Assembly (NCBI GenBank): GCA_963764585.1
Contig: CAVXTB010000013.1
Location: 138,517-202,516, forward strand
Direction: 5' to 3'
Length of the DNA: 64,000 nucleotides
Source: an uncultured Actinomycetes bacterium
Lineage (GTDB): Bacteria; Actinomycetota; Thermoleophilia; Solirubrobacterales; Solirubrobacteraceae
Positions 26,876 to 36,488 of this stretch are shown here, one piece after another. Each line of letters starts with the position of its first letter. Position 1 is the first letter of the stretch. The notes under the pieces were generated by a model. That model saw only the letters and a program-made list of their open reading frames with translations, searched no databases and was not told the DNA's origin. The position numbers and the translations under genes are program-made.

Positions 26876-27548
26876 GCAGACGCGCGAGCTCGCGGCTGAG
26901 CTGGCGCTCGGCATCGCCGACGGGGAGCAGCGGGCGCGGGCGCTGCGCCATCTCGCCGAGTGCCCCGACTGCCGGCGCGCGGTCGAGGAGCTGACCGGGG
27001 TCACCGACGAGCTGCTGCTGCTCGCGCCCGAACGCGAGCCGTCCGCCGGCTTCGAGTCACGCGTGCTCGCGCGCATGGCGCCGGCGCGCCCGCGGCGCAG
27101 CCGGCGCCACCTGCGCGTGCTCGCGCCGATCGCCGCCGCGACGGCCGCGGCGCTGGCCGCCGTGGCCATCGTCCTCGGCGCCACCAGCGACGATCGCAAG
27201 CTCGCGGCTCACTACCGGGAGACCCTGGCCGTCGCGCACGGCAGCTCGTTCGAAGCGGCGCGACTGCGCGCCCCGGGCGGCGTTCGCGCGGGCGTCGTCT
27301 ATGGCTATCGCGGCGCGCCGTCCTGGATCTTCGTCGCCGTCTACCGCCCGTACCGCTCGAAGCTCTACAAGGTCGAGCTGGTCACGACGGCCGGCCGGCG
27401 CGAACCGGTGCCGTCGCTGCGCCTCGACCCCAGCACCGGGAGCGCCGGCCAAACGATCCCGATCGACCTCGAGCGCGTCTCGGCGGTGCGCCTGATCGGC
27501 TCGACGCCCGGCGACATCCTCGAGGCCGAGCTCTCGCATGCGCGGTAG
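26865..27548 (+). CDS. anti-sigma factor (zf-HC2), single TM
   Basis: HLAECPDCRRAVEEL motif, then the TM segment VLAPIAAATAAALAAVAIVLGA. Overlaps the sigma gene by 11 nt. Confidence 0.75.
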   Translation: MSCEQTRELAAELALGIADGEQRARALRHLAECPDCRRAVEELTGVTDELLLLAPEREPSAGFESRVLARMAPARPRRSRRHLRVLAPIAAATAAALAAVAIVLGATSDDRKLAAHYRETLAVAHGSSFEAARLRAPGGVRAGVVYGYRGAPSWIFVAVYRPYRSKLYKVELVTTAGRREPVPSLRLDPSTGSAGQTIPIDLERVSAVRLIGSTPGDILEAELSHAR

Positions 27549-27562
27549 GGTCAGCGCCAGCG

Positions 27563-28801
27563 ATGGAGGCGAGCGCCTGGGCCGCGTTCCTGGCCGAAGA
27601 CCTCGAGCCGGACGGCGTCTTCGACGTCGCGGCCGGTGACGCGCGCGAGCGCTTCCTGCGCGCCCACGCCGAGGAGGTCTACGACGAGCTGACCGACGAG
27701 CAGACCCTCGCGCTGCGCGCCGACGAGCTCGTCTACCGCGCGGCGGAGCGCTTCCCCGGGCTGACGCCGACGCGCGAGCGCGTCGCTGCCGAGCGCGAGC
27801 GCCTGCAGGGCGACAAGGACGGCGCCGAGATCGCCCAGGGCCTCCTGCTCGCGCACGTGCTCGCGTCGCCGCGCGCGGGCTCGCACCTGGTGTGGGCGAT
27901 GCTGCGGCCGACCGACGAGGCGCTCGCGCGGCTCGTCGAGTTCCGCGCGACCGGCGAGATCGACCTCGGCGGGACGCTCGTGCGCCGCGAGGGGAGGGCC
28001 GGCATCGTCGAGCTGCGCAACCCGCGCCACCTCAACGCCGAGGACGACGCGACGCTGCCGTCGACCGAGGTCGCGGTCGACCTGGTGCTGCTCGACCCGC
28101 AGATCGAGGTCGGCGTGTTCCGCGGCGGGGTCGTCGACCACCCGCGCTACGCGGGCCGCCGGATCTTCGGCGCCGGGATCAACCTCACCCACCTCTACCG
28201 CGGCCTGATCTCGTTCCTCTTCTACCTCACCCGCGACCTCGGCTACGTCAACAAGCTCTACCGCGGGCTGTCGGCGCCCGAGCACCGGCCCGGCGCGCCC
28301 GAGGAGACGACCGAGAAGCCGTGGATCGCGGCCGCCGAGACCTACGCCATCGGCGGCGCCTGCCAGCTGCTGCACGTCATGGACCACGTGATCGCCGAGC
28401 GCGGCTGCCGGCTGTACCTGCCGGCACGCAAGGAGGGGATCATCCCGGGCGCCTCTCCCCTGCGGCTCCCGCGCGCGGTCGGCGACCGGCTCGCCCGCCA
28501 GGCGATCCTGTCCGGGCGCGAGTTCGAGGCCGGCACGCCGCAGGGCGACCTGCTCTGCGACGAGGTCGTCGAGGCCGGCGAGATGGACGCGGCGCTCGCG
28601 CGCCGCATCGACCTGCTGACCGATTCGGGCGTCGTCAACGCGGCGGCCAACCGCCGCGCGATGCGCATCGGCGCCGAGCCGCTCGACGTCTTTCGCACCT
28701 ACATGGCGACCTACGCGCGCGAGCAGGCCTACTGCCACTTCAGCCCGGCGCTGATCCGCAACCTCGAGCGCCACTGGAACGCGCACGAGCGACGGCTGTG
28801 A
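27563..28801 (+). CDS. crotonase-superfamily protein, DpgC-like (cofactor-independent acyl-CoA dioxygenase family)
   Basis: 412 aa. Helical N-domain (HAEEVYDELTDEQ...FPGLTPTRERVAAERE) plus crotonase core (RIFGAGINLTHLY, EKPWIAAAETYAIGGACQLL, ARKEGIIPGASPLRL). The similarity to DpgC is recalled from memory, not searched. Confidence 0.6.
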   Translation: MEASAWAAFLAEDLEPDGVFDVAAGDARERFLRAHAEEVYDELTDEQTLALRADELVYRAAERFPGLTPTRERVAAERERLQGDKDGAEIAQGLLLAHVLASPRAGSHLVWAMLRPTDEALARLVEFRATGEIDLGGTLVRREGRAGIVELRNPRHLNAEDDATLPSTEVAVDLVLLDPQIEVGVFRGGVVDHPRYAGRRIFGAGINLTHLYRGLISFLFYLTRDLGYVNKLYRGLSAPEHRPGAPEETTEKPWIAAAETYAIGGACQLLHVMDHVIAERGCRLYLPARKEGIIPGASPLRLPRAVGDRLARQAILSGREFEAGTPQGDLLCDEVVEAGEMDAALARRIDLLTDSGVVNAAANRRAMRIGAEPLDVFRTYMATYAREQAYCHFSPALIRNLERHWNAHERRL

Positions 28802-30084
28802 CCTACGACGCCATCGAGACGGCGCCGCGCGAGGAGCTCGAGGCGCTGCAGCTCCAGCGCCTGCGGGCGACGGTGGACCGGATCCTCGCGGCGGTGCCGG
28901 CCGGCCGCTCGCGGCTGCACGAGGCAGGGGTGCACGCCGGCGCCGACGTCGGATCGCTCGAGGACCTTCGCGGCCTGCCCTTCACGCTGAAGTCCGACCT
29001 GCGCGAGCACTACCCCTTCGGCCTGCTGGCGGTGCCGCGCGAGGAGCTCGTGCGCGTGCACGCGTCGAGCGGCACCGGCGGCAAGCCGACCGTCGTCGGC
29101 TACACCCGCCACGACCTCGAGGACGTGTGGACCGCGGTGATGGCGCGCTCGATGGCGACGGCGGGCGTGCGCGCCGGCATGGTCGTGCACAACGCCTACG
29201 GCTACGGCCTGTTCACCGGCGGCCTGGGCTTCCACCAGGGGGCCGAGCGGCTCGGGGCGACCGTCGTGCCGGCCTCCGGCGGCCTCACCGATCGCCAGGT
29301 GATGCTGCTGCTCGACTTCGGCGGCCAGGTGCTGTGCTCGACGCCCTCCTACGCGCTGCACATCGCGCACACGCTGCGCGAGGCCGGCGTGGACCCCGCC
29401 GACCTCCAGCTCGAGCTCGGGCTCTTCGGCGCCGAGCCCTGGAGCGAGACGATGCGCGCGCAGATCGAGCGCGAGCTCGGCCTGACCGCGATCAACGTCT
29501 ACGGGCTCTCGGAGATCGTCGGGCCCGGCGTGTCGGTCGAGTGCCCGCAGGAGCGCAACGGCCTGCACGTCAACGAGGATCACTTCCTGGTGGAGGTCGT
29601 CGACCCCGACAGCGGCGCGCCGCGCGGGCCCGGCGAGGAGGGCGAGCTCGTGTTCACGACGCTGACCAAGGAGGCGCTGCCGCTCGTGCGCTACCGCACC
29701 GCCGACATCGCCTCGCTGTCACTGCACCCGTGCCCGTGCGGGCGCACGCTCGCGCGCATGAGCCCGGTGCGCGGGCGGCGCGACGACGTGCTCATCATCC
29801 GCGGCGTCAACCTGTACCCGTCGGAGATCGAGTACGCGCTGCTCGCCGTCGCCGGCGTGGCGCCGCACTACCAGCTCGTCGTCGAGCGGCCCGGCGACCT
29901 CGACGAGCTGACCGTCCGCTGCGAGCCCGCCGAGGACGGCGTCGACGCCGCGCAGCTGCGCGCCCGCATCGCCCACGCCCTGCGCGAACGCACCGGCATC
30001 ACCATCGCGGTCGAGCTGCTCGCCTGCGGCGCGGTCCCGCGCAGCGAGGGCAAGGCCGTGCGCGTCGTCGATCGCCGCGGGTGA
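28798..30084 (+). CDS. paaK: phenylacetate-CoA ligase
   Basis: LPFTLKSDLREHYPFGL, VHASSGTGGKPTVVGYT, YGLSE and IIRGVNLYPSEIE. GTGA overlap with the upstream gene. Confidence 0.9.
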   Translation: MTYDAIETAPREELEALQLQRLRATVDRILAAVPAGRSRLHEAGVHAGADVGSLEDLRGLPFTLKSDLREHYPFGLLAVPREELVRVHASSGTGGKPTVVGYTRHDLEDVWTAVMARSMATAGVRAGMVVHNAYGYGLFTGGLGFHQGAERLGATVVPASGGLTDRQVMLLLDFGGQVLCSTPSYALHIAHTLREAGVDPADLQLELGLFGAEPWSETMRAQIERELGLTAINVYGLSEIVGPGVSVECPQERNGLHVNEDHFLVEVVDPDSGAPRGPGEEGELVFTTLTKEALPLVRYRTADIASLSLHPCPCGRTLARMSPVRGRRDDVLIIRGVNLYPSEIEYALLAVAGVAPHYQLVVERPGDLDELTVRCEPAEDGVDAAQLRARIAHALRERTGITIAVELLACGAVPRSEGKAVRVVDRRG

Positions 30085-30148
30085 GCGCTGTCCGACCGCG
30101 GACATGGGGCGAGCGTGACCTACCTAGGCACGCGGACGTTCGAAAGAC

Positions 30149-31288
30149 ATGTCCCTCTCTTCCCGAACACTCCTCACGACCGCCGCCCTCGCAGCGGCGG
30201 TCATCGCGCCCTCCGCCGCCCACGCCGCCGAGGGCTTCACCGCCGTCACGTCCACCGGCGAGGTCGCCCACTTCCACAGCGACTCGCGCCCGGGGCTGAT
30301 CGGCCCCGTCGAGGTCACCGGCCTGGCCTCCGGCGAGCGCATCGTCGGGCTCGATCGCGCGCCGTCGCACGAGCTCCTCGCGCTCACCTCGGCAGGCCGG
30401 ATCGTCGTCCTCGACGACAGGACGGGCAAGGCCACGCCGAAGTTCGCGGCCGCGGTCACCGCTGCGGTCGATCCGAACGCGGCGCTGACCTTCGCCGTCG
30501 CGCCGGACGGCGCCAGCGCGCGCATCATCACCGCGGGGCGCGACGTCAGCATCAACCTCACGACCGGGGCCGCCACCACCGGCACCGGCCTGACCTTCGC
30601 CCCCGGCGACGTGAACGCCGGCGTGCAGGCCACCCCGGCGCTCGACTACGCCGCCGACGGCCGGCTCGTCGGCGTCGCAGCCGCGCAGGACGTCTACGCC
30701 GCGCAGACCGCGCCTGGCGCAGCGACGCTGACGACGCTGGCCAAGCCGCCGTTCCCGGTGCTCGAGCCGCTGCGTTCGACGGTCGCGTCGGACGGCGCGG
30801 TGTGGACCGCGGCCAACTTCAGCGACAAGGCCAAGCGGCCCAAGCAGTCGCGCGTCGTGCGCTACGACCCGGCCACCGGCAAGGTCAGCGGCCAGAACGG
30901 CGTGTTCTTCCTCGAGCAGCTCGTCGCCCTGTCCGACGACGGCCCCGTCGCCGACGACAAGACGCCGCCGAAGGCCACGCTCAGCGGCAGGGTGCTGGAG
31001 CGCCACGTGGCGCGCGGCATCGCGTTCTACACGGGCCTGAACGTGAAGGTCGACGAGGGCGGCCAGTCGGTCGGCTCGGTGCGCCTGCGCGGCAAGGTCG
31101 TGGGCTTCACCATCGGCACCGTCGACCGGGCCGGCACGCTGAAGCTCCAGTTCGGCTCGAACAAGAAGGACGACGCCGCCCTGCGCCGCGCCGCCCGCGA
31201 GCACCGCAAGGTCCTCGTTCACCTCGCCGTGCACGACTGGGCCGGCAACAAGCGCGTCTTCGACAGCAGCATGCGCCTGTCGGTCTGA
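30149..31288 (+). CDS. secreted DUF4394-like protein
   Basis: Signal peptide ...APSAAHAAEG. N-terminal motif GERIVGLDRAPSHELLALTSAGRIVVLD. Confidence 0.65.
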   Translation: MSLSSRTLLTTAALAAAVIAPSAAHAAEGFTAVTSTGEVAHFHSDSRPGLIGPVEVTGLASGERIVGLDRAPSHELLALTSAGRIVVLDDRTGKATPKFAAAVTAAVDPNAALTFAVAPDGASARIITAGRDVSINLTTGAATTGTGLTFAPGDVNAGVQATPALDYAADGRLVGVAAAQDVYAAQTAPGAATLTTLAKPPFPVLEPLRSTVASDGAVWTAANFSDKAKRPKQSRVVRYDPATGKVSGQNGVFFLEQLVALSDDGPVADDKTPPKATLSGRVLERHVARGIAFYTGLNVKVDEGGQSVGSVRLRGKVVGFTIGTVDRAGTLKLQFGSNKKDDAALRRAAREHRKVLVHLAVHDWAGNKRVFDSSMRLSV

Positions 31289-31305
31289 CCGACTCCACCA
31301 AGCGT

Positions 31306-31337
31306 GACCCTCGAGCGCCCAAGCGCGTTCGAGGGTC
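31306..31337 (+). terminator. hairpin downstream of the DUF4394 gene
   Basis: gaccctcgagcgc-ccaa-gcgcgttcgagggtc, about 13 bp with one bulge and no clear U-tract. It abuts the ATG of the next small ORF. Confidence 0.4.
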
Positions 31338-31562
31338 ATGCGTGGTCCCTGGATGGCGTGGCTCGTGCCGGCGACCGTCGCCGGTCTGCAGCTCGTCGGG
31401 TCACCCGACGTGGCGTTCTACGACCGCTCCGCGGACCTCGGCGCTCGCAAGCACCGCGACAACCTGGGCTTGCGCTGCACGGTGGCCCAGGTCGGCGAGG
31501 CCGACTGGACGATCACCTGCAAGCGCGGGCGCGAGGTCGTGCGCGGAAGCGTCTCGACGTGA
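31338..31562 (+). CDS. hypothetical small protein (74 aa)
   Basis: High GC3 bias and a hydrophobic N-terminus. No recognisable motif. Confidence 0.3.
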   Translation: MRGPWMAWLVPATVAGLQLVGSPDVAFYDRSADLGARKHRDNLGLRCTVAQVGEADWTITCKRGREVVRGSVST

Positions 31563-31567
31563 CGGCG

Positions 31568-32614
31568 TCAGCCGTCCTCGCCGGCGCGGCCCACGGGCAA
31601 CAGGTTGCGAAGGCGATAGCCGACCGGCAGCAGGCGCAGCTCGAAGCGATCGACGATCGCGCCCCAGATGCCGCGCGGGAAGAGCAGGGTGACGACGATC
31701 GCCACCGTGCCCAGGCCGACGAGGTACCAGCTGCCCTGGTCGGCCCACTCCTGTTGGATGCCGAAGAGGACGAGCGCGCCGAGCACCGGGCCCTCGAAGG
31801 TGCCCAGGCCGCCGAGCAGCACCATGAAGATCATGTAGGCGGTCCACTGCACGCCGAAGATCGAGTCGGGCTGGGCGCGCAGGGTGTTGAGGATCGTGAT
31901 CGCGCCGGCCGCGCCGCAGCCGACCGCGGCGAGCAGGAAGACGATGCGCTTGGCGCGCGTGACGCGCACGCCGACCGAGACCGCGGCAACCTCGTCGTCG
32001 CGGATCGCCTGAAGCGACGAGCCCAGCCGGCTGCGCAGCAGCACGAAGCCCAGGAAGATGAGGACCGCCATGAAGGCGAGGGCGACCCAGTAGGTGTAGG
32101 CCTGCCGCGTGGCCGGGTCGTAGACGTTCAGCCCGGTCAGCGACTTGCCGGTGCCGCCGCCGAGCGAGTCCTCGTTGGTCACCAGCAGCCGGAAGACCTC
32201 GGCCACCACCCACATGCCGATGGCGAACTGCCCGCCGCGCAGGCGGAAGACCAGCAGCGACACCGGCAGCGACAGCGCACCCGCGAACAGCGCGGCAAGC
32301 AGCGCGCCGACGAACGGGTTGATGCCGTGGTCGGCGCAGACGATCGTCGCGTAGGCTCCGACGCCGATGAACGCCTGCTGGCCGACCGAGACCAGGCCGG
32401 CGTAGCCGGCCAGCGCGTTCCACATCGCCGCGAGGATGATCAGCACGAAGAGCTCGGTGAGCTTCTCGGTCGTGTTCTGCGTGAAGGCGAAGGGCACGAA
32501 GGCGAGCGCCACGACCAGCAGCAGCGTGCCGCCGGCGAAGGCGCGCGAGGCGGTCGTCCAGCGGTGGACGGTGACGGCGCTCGCACGAGCAGGCGCGACG
32601 GCGGGGGCGCTCAT
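31568..32614 (-). CDS. branched-chain-amino-acid-type (LivM-like) ABC importer permease
   Basis: Start at MSAPAVAP, residue 162 of the track ORF. Multi-TM with GYAGLVSVGQQAFIGVGAY. ATGA overlap with the upstream permease. Confidence 0.85.
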   Translation of the reverse strand: MSAPAVAPARASAVTVHRWTTASRAFAGGTLLLVVALAFVPFAFTQNTTEKLTELFVLIILAAMWNALAGYAGLVSVGQQAFIGVGAYATIVCADHGINPFVGALLAALFAGALSLPVSLLVFRLRGGQFAIGMWVVAEVFRLLVTNEDSLGGGTGKSLTGLNVYDPATRQAYTYWVALAFMAVLIFLGFVLLRSRLGSSLQAIRDDEVAAVSVGVRVTRAKRIVFLLAAVGCGAAGAITILNTLRAQPDSIFGVQWTAYMIFMVLLGGLGTFEGPVLGALVLFGIQQEWADQGSWYLVGLGTVAIVVTLLFPRGIWGAIVDRFELRLLPVGYRLRNLLPVGRAGEDG

Positions 32615-33483
32615 GCCCGCGCGTCCTGGATCGCGAAGATCCCGCCCTGGCGGAAGGCCAGCACGGCGAGGAACACGAGGTGCCCCGCCAGCACCGACCA
32701 CGACGGGTCGATCTGCGCGCCGACGCCCTGCGCGACGCCGAGGATGATGCCGCCGACCAGCGTCCCCCAGAGCGAGCCCATGCCGCCGATCACCACCGCC
32801 TCGAAGCCGAAGATGAGCTGCGCCGGCCCAAGCGTCGGGTCGAACGCCGAGCGCATCCCGAAGAACACGCCCGCCAGCGCCGCCGTGGCCACCGAGATCG
32901 CCGAGGCCAGCCCGTACACCGCCTTCGCATCGATCCCGACGAGCTCCGCGGTCGTCCAGTCGTCGGCGGTCGCCCGCATCGCCCGCCCGAGCTTGGTGCG
33001 CGACAGGAAGAGCTGCAGCCCGCTGAGCAGGAGCACCGCAACGACGAAGATCAGGGCCGGCAGCGCCCCGACCGACAGCTCGGAGTTGATCTTCCACGCC
33101 GAGGTCTCCAGGGCGCCCGCGCTGAGCGAGTGGGTGTCGGCCGAGAAGGCCTCGAGCAGCAGGTTGCCGATCACCACGGACAGCCCGAAGGTCGCCAGCA
33201 GCGGCGCGAGCTCGCCGCCGGTCAGGCTGCGGTCGAAGATCAGGCGATGTAGGAGCCAGCCGAGCAGTGCCGCGGCCGGGAGCACGATGATGAGCGCGCC
33301 GAACGCCGACCAGCCGATGTGCTGGACCACGAGGAAGACCCCGAAGGCGCCCAGCAGCGCGAGGTCGCCATGGGCGAGGTTGATGATCCGCATCACGCCG
33401 AACAGCAGCGACAGCCCGCAGGCGAACATCGCGTAGAGACCGCCGAGCAGGATTCCCTGGACGACCGCGTTGACCCAGGTCAT
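32611..33483 (-). CDS. LivH-like ABC importer permease
   Basis: MTWVNAVVQGILLGGLYAMFACGLSLLFGVMRIINLAHGDL. Overlaps both neighbouring genes by 4 nt. Confidence 0.85.
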   Translation of the reverse strand: MTWVNAVVQGILLGGLYAMFACGLSLLFGVMRIINLAHGDLALLGAFGVFLVVQHIGWSAFGALIIVLPAAALLGWLLHRLIFDRSLTGGELAPLLATFGLSVVIGNLLLEAFSADTHSLSAGALETSAWKINSELSVGALPALIFVVAVLLLSGLQLFLSRTKLGRAMRATADDWTTAELVGIDAKAVYGLASAISVATAALAGVFFGMRSAFDPTLGPAQLIFGFEAVVIGGMGSLWGTLVGGIILGVAQGVGAQIDPSWSVLAGHLVFLAVLAFRQGGIFAIQDARA

Positions 33484-34202
33484 GCCGGCGCCGTCCCTCC
33501 GCCGTTGCGGCGCAGGCCGAAGTACGCGTCGGCGATCTGCTCGCGCGTCAGCTCGCCGGCGCTGCCTTCGAGGACGATGCGCCCCTCGAGCATGCACAGC
33601 ACGCGCTGCGCGACGTCGAGCGCGCGCGTGAGCTCCTGCTCGACGAGCAGGACCGTCGTGCCGCCTTCGATCACCGTCTGCAGCGAGCGGTAGACGTCGG
33701 CCACGGCGATCGGCGCGAGCCCCAGCGACACCTCGTCGAGGAGCAGCAGCCGCGGGTTGGACATCAGCGCGCGCCCGATCGCGGTCGCCTGGCGCTCGCC
33801 GCCCGACAGCGTCGCGGCGCGGTGACGGCGGCGCTCGCGCAACATCGGGAAGGCCTCCAACACGCGAGCGACGTCCCAGTGGCCGGCGCGCGCCGCCACG
33901 AGCAGGTTCTCCTCGACCGTCAGGCTCGGGAACAGGTGGCGCCCTTCGGGGACGAGCGCGATGCCGCGCCGCACGCGCTGGTGGGCACGCAACCGCGTGA
34001 CGTCCTCGCCGTCGAGCACGATGCGCCCGCTCGCCGGGCGCGGCCGCGCGCCGGCGATCGCCCGCAGCAGCGTCGACTTGCCGGCCCCGTTGGCGCCGAC
34101 CAGCGCGACCGTCTCGCCCTGCCCGATGTGCAGCGACACGCCGCGCACCGCCTGCAGCAGGCCGTGGCGAACGTCGAGCTCGTGGACGTCGAGGAAGCTC
34201 AC
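33480..34202 (-). CDS. LivF-like ABC importer ATP-binding protein
   Basis: GTG start (VSFLDVHELDV). Walker A GANGAGKST, signature LSGGERQ, Walker B LLLLDE. Confidence 0.85.
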   Translation of the reverse strand: MSFLDVHELDVRHGLLQAVRGVSLHIGQGETVALVGANGAGKSTLLRAIAGARPRPASGRIVLDGEDVTRLRAHQRVRRGIALVPEGRHLFPSLTVEENLLVAARAGHWDVARVLEAFPMLRERRRHRAATLSGGERQATAIGRALMSNPRLLLLDEVSLGLAPIAVADVYRSLQTVIEGGTTVLLVEQELTRALDVAQRVLCMLEGRIVLEGSAGELTREQIADAYFGLRRNGGGTAPA

Positions 34203-34942
34203 GCGGTGCCCAGGTAGGCGTCGATGACGGCCGGGTCGCTCATGACCGCGTCCGGGTCGCCGTCGGCGATGATCCGCCCGGCCGACATGCACACCAGGCG
34301 CTCGGCGACCTGCAGCAGCGTCTGCACGACGTGCTCGATCCACACGATCGCCATCCCGCCGCGCCGCAGCTCCCGGATCGTGGCGACGAGCTGGTCCGTC
34401 TCGGATTCCGTGAGGCCGCCGGCGATCTCGTCGAGCAGCAGGACGAGCGGGCCGGTCGCGAGCGCGCGCGCCATCTCCAGGCGCTTGCGGTCCAGCAGCC
34501 CGAGCGTCGCGGCGCGGCGGTTGGCCAGGTGCAGCAGCTGTGCGGTCTCCAGCGCTTGCAGCGCGCGGTCGTGCGACTCCTTGCCGCGCAGGGCGCCGCC
34601 GGTCGCCGTGCCGACGAGGGCGTTCTCGAAGACCGTCATGTCGGCGAACGGCCGCGGGACCTGATGGGTGCGCCCGATGCCCAGCGAGCAGCGCGCGGCC
34701 GCGTCGAGGCGCGTGACGTCCTCGCCGCGGAAGCGCACGGCGCCGCCGTTGGGGCGCTGCGCGCCGGCGAGGACGTCGAGCAGCGTCGTCTTGCCGGCGC
34801 CGTTGGGGCCGACGATGCCCACCGCGTCCCCGGGCGCGACGGCCATCGCGACGCCGTCGAGCACGACCAGCGCGCCGAACTGCTTGCGCAGGTCCTCGGC
34901 CGCGAGGAGGGGCACGCCGTTGGTCGGTGGCCTCGCCTCCAT
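34199..34942 (-). CDS. LivG-like ABC importer ATP-binding protein
   Basis: Walker A GPNGAGKTT, Walker B LLLDEIAGGL. Confidence 0.85.
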   Translation of the reverse strand: MEARPPTNGVPLLAAEDLRKQFGALVVLDGVAMAVAPGDAVGIVGPNGAGKTTLLDVLAGAQRPNGGAVRFRGEDVTRLDAAARCSLGIGRTHQVPRPFADMTVFENALVGTATGGALRGKESHDRALQALETAQLLHLANRRAATLGLLDRKRLEMARALATGPLVLLLDEIAGGLTESETDQLVATIRELRRGGMAIVWIEHVVQTLLQVAERLVCMSAGRIIADGDPDAVMSDPAVIDAYLGTA

Positions 34943-34955
34943 GCGCTGCGCAGCT

Positions 34956-36320
34956 CTACTGGAAGTCCGGGTAGGGCTTGGCCTTGGCCGCCACCGGCAC
35001 CTTCGGGTCGGGCGTGTTGTCGATGACCGTCAGGTCGAGCGGGTACTTGCCGCCGTTGCTGGGCAGCCACTGGCAGTTGATGAGGACCGTCGGGACGACG
35101 TTCTTGACGGGGCCCGTGGTCCAGTCGAGGTGCCCGAGCGGCGTGTCGACCTTCAACGTGGCGATCGAGTCGGCGAAGCCCACCTTGTCCTTCGGGTTGG
35201 GCGCGTGCTTGATCGCGGCGATGCCGACGTCGAACAGCGCGGCCGTCGAGCCGACCATCTGCGTCCACTGCTTGCCGGTCGCCTCGTAGCCGTCAGCGAG
35301 CTCCTTGCTCGTCTTGCCCAGCAGCGAGCTCGAGTACGGGAACGTGTTGACCCAGAACGCCGTGCCGATCAGGCCGTGACCGAGCTTGCCGAGCGCCTCG
35401 ACCTGCGAGGGGAACAGGCCGGTCTTCGCGATCTGCGGGAGGATCGGCTTGTACCCCTGCTGGGCGGCCTGGCGCCAGAACGTCGCGAAGTCGGGCGGCA
35501 GCGGGAACGTGTTGAAGATCTCGCACTTGTTGGCCTTGAACTTCGCGATCTGCGCCGAGAAGTCGTTGAGGCCATCGTTGTAGGGGCCGGCGTCGACGAC
35601 CTTGAAGCCGGCCTCCTCGATGGCGGGCAGGAAGCCCGCGCGCAGCGCGTTGCCGTCGGCGTCGTTGGGATAGAGCGCGCCGACGACCTTGTTGGTCTTC
35701 ATCGCGTTCCAGACCGGGAAGTAGCCCTTGCCGAAGTCGGCGACGCCGAAGGAGAAGTGGTAGGTGAACTTGAAGGCGGCCTTGTCGTCCTCCTTGGCGC
35801 CGCGGCCGAAGTACCACGCCTGCCACGGCAGGACGGTCGAGATGCACGGCACGCCGGCGGCCTCGCAGGCGTCGGAGACCGGGTTGACGACCTCGGGCGT
35901 CGACGAGGCGAGCATGAGGTCGACCTGGTCGCCGTTGATGAGCCCCTTGGCGACCTCGGCCGCCCGCTGCGGGCTCGACTGGCTGTCCTTGGGGATGATC
36001 TGGATCTTGTACGTCTTGCCGTCGCTGCCGTGGACGCCGTCCTTCACGGCGTCGCGGACGAGCCCGAGGATGTAGGGGTCGACCTCGCCGAAGCCGGCGG
36101 CCTGGCCGGTGCGCGGCGTCACCAGGCCGATCTTGAGCGTGTCGCCGCCGCTGTCGCCGCCGCTCTTCTTGACGCTCCCGCAGGCGGCGAGGACGCCACT
36201 GGAGGCGATCGTCAGGCCGGTGCCGCCAGCCTTGACGAGGAACGAGCGGCGGGAAAGGGACCCGAGCCCGCTGCGTTGATCGGGGTTGGTGCCAGGCAAG
36301 TGCGCGCTCCTCTCCTCCAC
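34956..36320 (-). CDS. Tat-signal lipoprotein, Peripla_BP_6-type solute-binding protein of the Liv-type importer
   Basis: SRRSFLVKAGG twin-Arg motif and LAACG lipobox. About 420-aa binding-protein core. Confidence 0.85.
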   Translation of the reverse strand: MEERSAHLPGTNPDQRSGLGSLSRRSFLVKAGGTGLTIASSGVLAACGSVKKSGGDSGGDTLKIGLVTPRTGQAAGFGEVDPYILGLVRDAVKDGVHGSDGKTYKIQIIPKDSQSSPQRAAEVAKGLINGDQVDLMLASSTPEVVNPVSDACEAAGVPCISTVLPWQAWYFGRGAKEDDKAAFKFTYHFSFGVADFGKGYFPVWNAMKTNKVVGALYPNDADGNALRAGFLPAIEEAGFKVVDAGPYNDGLNDFSAQIAKFKANKCEIFNTFPLPPDFATFWRQAAQQGYKPILPQIAKTGLFPSQVEALGKLGHGLIGTAFWVNTFPYSSSLLGKTSKELADGYEATGKQWTQMVGSTAALFDVGIAAIKHAPNPKDKVGFADSIATLKVDTPLGHLDWTTGPVKNVVPTVLINCQWLPSNGGKYPLDLTVIDNTPDPKVPVAAKAKPYPDFQ

Positions 36321-36488
36321 GTCGGGGCGCCGCGGCGGCGGCGCTCGGCGACTGCGACCAGATCTGACGCGCGACTATATGACTGAACATTTCGTGACGT
36401 CAAGCTGAACGCCGGTCTGTCCGGCCGGTGGCGCCGCTGAACACGAAAGGTCTGAGCAGTTCTGACGCCTGGGTTACGCTTGCGGCTG

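Noticed and set aside
26960-27562. 5' two hundred codons of track ORF 26960..28801
   Set aside because: Arg-rich sequence that overlaps the well-supported anti-sigma gene in another frame. The real crotonase-fold gene starts at ATG 27563.
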